A DNA stretch of 64,000 nucleotides, from positions 12,338,001-12,402,000 of the forward strand of contig OZ176052.1 of the NCBI GenBank assembly GCA_964247055.1, read 5' to 3'. Below the pieces are notes generated by a model, which saw only the letters and a list, made by a program, of their open reading frames with translations, did no database searches and was not told the origin of the DNA. Below are positions 61,101 through 64,000 of this stretch, one piece after another. How positions within the stretch are numbered: position 1 is the first letter of the stretch; each line of letters opens with the position of its first letter. The translations under genes were made by a program, and so were the position numbers. The DNA is from Paragordius varius (Eukaryota; Animalia; Nematomorpha).

Positions 61101-63369
61101 TTTTATTGCTTTATTGTTTGAGTCTTTACGGATGATTCTTTCCGATTTCGGTTTTTCTATAAAAGAGTTAAAATGCATGTTGCACTCTTATATTAATGAA
61201 CAAAAAGGAATAAATCTGGAATCTCATAGGTTTTTTTGGGTATATGTGTCATTTTATAAAACTTTTTCTATATTGGAATTACTATATATAAAAAACTAAA
61301 TTGGCCCATACTATGTGAAATTTCATGCTAAAGGCTTTCCGCAAAATCTTTTGTTAAACTTTTGCTTTAGAGGCGTGGCTTGCACTTATGGCGCCCACCC
61401 CCTCAACACCGTGCATTATAAAAGAATAATTAAATTTAAACATGAAGGTTAACACCTGTCATATTTAGATAATTTTTTTAAATATTATTTAAAATAATAA
61501 TTTAAATGCTTATTTTTTGAAATTAAATTAAAAAATTTAAAATCCGGTACTCCTTTAACTATGTGGTGCATCACCCTTTCCCTCTTCTAGCTACGCCACT
61601 GGCTTCTCTATAAGTTATTATCCCAAAGCAATCTTAGATTCTTGATGATAGAATTTCAAATATCTAGATCAAAGGTATCCAACACATGGCTTCGTACCGC
61701 TTTTGATTCAAAAAAACAGGCCCCTCTTCTACAAATGTAATGGAGTAAAAGATACTATCACTTTAAATTTGGCTTAGATTTGTTTACTTTAAAATCAAAA
61801 TGGAAAATATATTTAATCTTTGATGCCAAGATTTAACTATATTCTACCGTTTCCATCCTGCTCCAAACTACCATATATTTAAATAAATTTTAATTTTTTG
61901 GCCCATGCTTTTTTTCAATATATATTATCAGTTTTATAGACTAGTCACTAAAATTATGGCAAATTTTCTTATATGTTAATTTTACTAATACATTATACCC
62001 GCCAATATATAAGAGTTTTGCAGACTACAAAATTTAAATTTTATTTAGATATTATTTTGCTTGTAAATATAGTTTTTAATAATTTTGAATTCGTTTGGAA
62101 CAAAACTTATAAATTTTACTAGCCTGCTATATGACATAAAATTGATATAGTCCTTATATACAGCCGAAAAAAGCACCATGAAAAAATGCGTCTTTCTCTC
62201 AGAAGATATTTATTTAATTATGAATTTTTTTCCCGTTACTGTGCTGTGTTGCTCTACAGACCTTACAGTAATATTTAAATGTCAACTCAAATTATTACAA
62301 TTTCTTACATATTCTTTTTAACAATGCCGCTGTTGTTTATAGATCTTGCAAGCGTTATCGTACATTCACTCCAGATATGTTATTCATCGAGATATCAAAT
62401 CCAACAATATCATGATTGATACCAATGGCACAGTTAAACTCAGTAATATATTTCATAAAGACAAATCTATCAAAATATTTTCACATATTCAATTTATAGG
62501 AGAGCGAAAGCAAAAATTGATTAATAAATATTGGCATTTATAATTTGGTCATAACAATGTATTATTAACAAAAAAATTTAATTTATGTCTGTATCACATA
62601 AATTAACGTACATGAATTAAACCCTAATATATTACTATAGTTGATTTTGGTCTATCCATTCATGCAAACAATATTTGTGTCAAGATAGCGGGCACACCCT
62701 GCTACTTGGCAGAGGAAACCTATCTCTCTGGAATAATAACCTACAAAGGCGATATATGGGCCCTAGGCATCATTTGTATCGAGATGGTCGATGGGGAGAC
62801 ACCTTATGCACATCTCCATGCCAGCCAGGTATTTTTATCGATTTGAATTCAAACTTTTATATTCTCTTGTTTTATTTATGTTAAATATGAACATCTATAT
62901 TGTAAATTGTTAATAACTCACCTGTAAAATCAAATTTATTTACACGAGTTATTAACAATTTATCTGAAATTAAAAACTCTTACTCAAAATCTAAAATCTT
63001 TATGGAAATTGTTAGATCATGCAAAAAATGATTGTCCAAGGCAAACCATCAATTCCGTCTAGCAGCCTGGTATTCTACGATTTCATATCTCTGTGTTTGG
63101 AGGATGTATCAATACGTCCGTCAGCCGATAGACTTCTGGGGGTATGTATATTTATTACAATGCTATTTATTAATCAAATCAAATTTATTATGCAATCAAA
63201 CTCATTCATTATTTTGCAAAATGTTTAGCATCGTTATCTTGAAATAGCTGCTTCAAAAAAATGGCTTGGTCACATTGTAGCAACGCATAAAGTAACTTCA
63301 ACATTGAATGAACTTTTTTTTATAAAATATTCAACAAAAATTCAACATGTCCATATTTATGATAATTAA
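58140..63369 (+). CDS. PAK-like STE20 Ser/Thr kinase with a Cys-rich N-terminus (alternative ATG 58116); ~13 exons
   Basis: Exons 58140-58305, 58389-58469, 58947-58979, ~59131-59193, 59340-59414, 60435-60472, 60581-60633, 60707-60890, 60978-61067, 62343-62442, 62641-62828, 63016-63141, 63229-63369 give [58 protein letters not shown]-terminal exon joins are less certain than the kinase domain. Confidence 0.85.
59875..60013 (+). repeat. Longer (~140 bp) copy of the short GC-richer repeat, in a kinase intron
   Basis: GC-rich island in AT-rich intron; 3' 70 nt match 8378-8447. Confidence 0.8.
61368..61601. mobile_element. Small hAT-type MITE (degenerate) in a kinase intron
   Basis: Right end CTAGCTACGCCACTG; left end TAGAGGCGTGGCTTG is an imperfect match to its complement CAGTGGCGTAGCTAG; no clean TSD. 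Confidence 0.5.
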
Positions 63370-64000
63370 TCGATCAACTAAAAAAAGAAGAAATGATATA
63401 GCTTCGATAATGATTTACACCTGCTCAATTTATTAGATTATAACGATTAATTAAAGTTTTTATTTTTGTTTTTTATATCACAATATGGGATCAATAACTA
63501 ATGTATCCTTTATCTAAATATAGTCAAAATTGAATTTGTGTACAAAAGCCTTTTTGAGCTCATATTTCTAGTTTTGAAACGTTTTCATAATCTGAAAAAT
63601 CAAAAAACTTTATTTGTATCAACTTTCCATGCGTTCTGTAAACTTTTTCGAATTACTACTTATCTTTTTAAATCTAAAAATATGTATTGTTATCAAACAG
63701 AACTTTTCAGAATCCGTAAATTCGAGTTTAAGGTCCAAAGAAAAAAAAGAAAAAAACAGAAAAAAGCAGCTCTTGAGTATTTTGGCTATGTTTCACTGTT
63801 TTGATTTTTTAAGGTATTAATATTAGTGAACTAGGATGTTAGAATCAATTAAAGATCCGGATATGATTATAAAATTAAGTAATTATAAAGCTTTTTTATA
63901 TGTGTGAATTAGGTACATCGAAACGCCAGCTAGTGTTAAATAGTGCTGTAAAGTCAATATTATATATAACGTTAGAACGATAAAATATTTATTATATGGT

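Noticed and set aside
1-64000. rRNA, tRNA, CRISPR arrays or prokaryote-style operons
   Set aside because: None recognised; the window is spliced eukaryotic nuclear DNA.

Overview
Very AT-rich, intron-rich eukaryotic (metazoan, probably invertebrate) nuclear DNA; the species cannot be named from sequence alone. Six host genes can be assembled by hand: two tandem ENPP/NPP nucleotide pyrophosphatase paralogs with GPI-like tails (+), an intronless and divergent PTB/PTBP gene (-), a ~26-exon RGD-class integrin alpha (+), a ZnT1/SLC30A1 zinc exporter (-) and a PAK-like STE20 kinase with no recognisable CRIB and a poly-Cys N-terminus (+). Much of the rest is a layered transposon landscape: seven copies of a ~540-580 bp TTAA-flanked piggyBac-like MITE, a Mag-like Gypsy element inserted into one MITE and carrying a 720-bp foreign insert, a fold-back Gypsy remnant in an ENPP intron, one RTE LINE nested in another, a hAT-Blackjack-like element, small MITEs and a ~161-bp dimeric satellite. 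Most intriguing: both ENPP paralogs have GPI-type tails but no visible signal peptide, with a conserved in-frame TGA just upstream; the CRIB-less, probably acylated PAK-like kinase; the PTB candidate retrogene with an RS-rich linker; and 28-35 nt spliceosomal introns. All exon models and identities were derived by eye without alignment tools.
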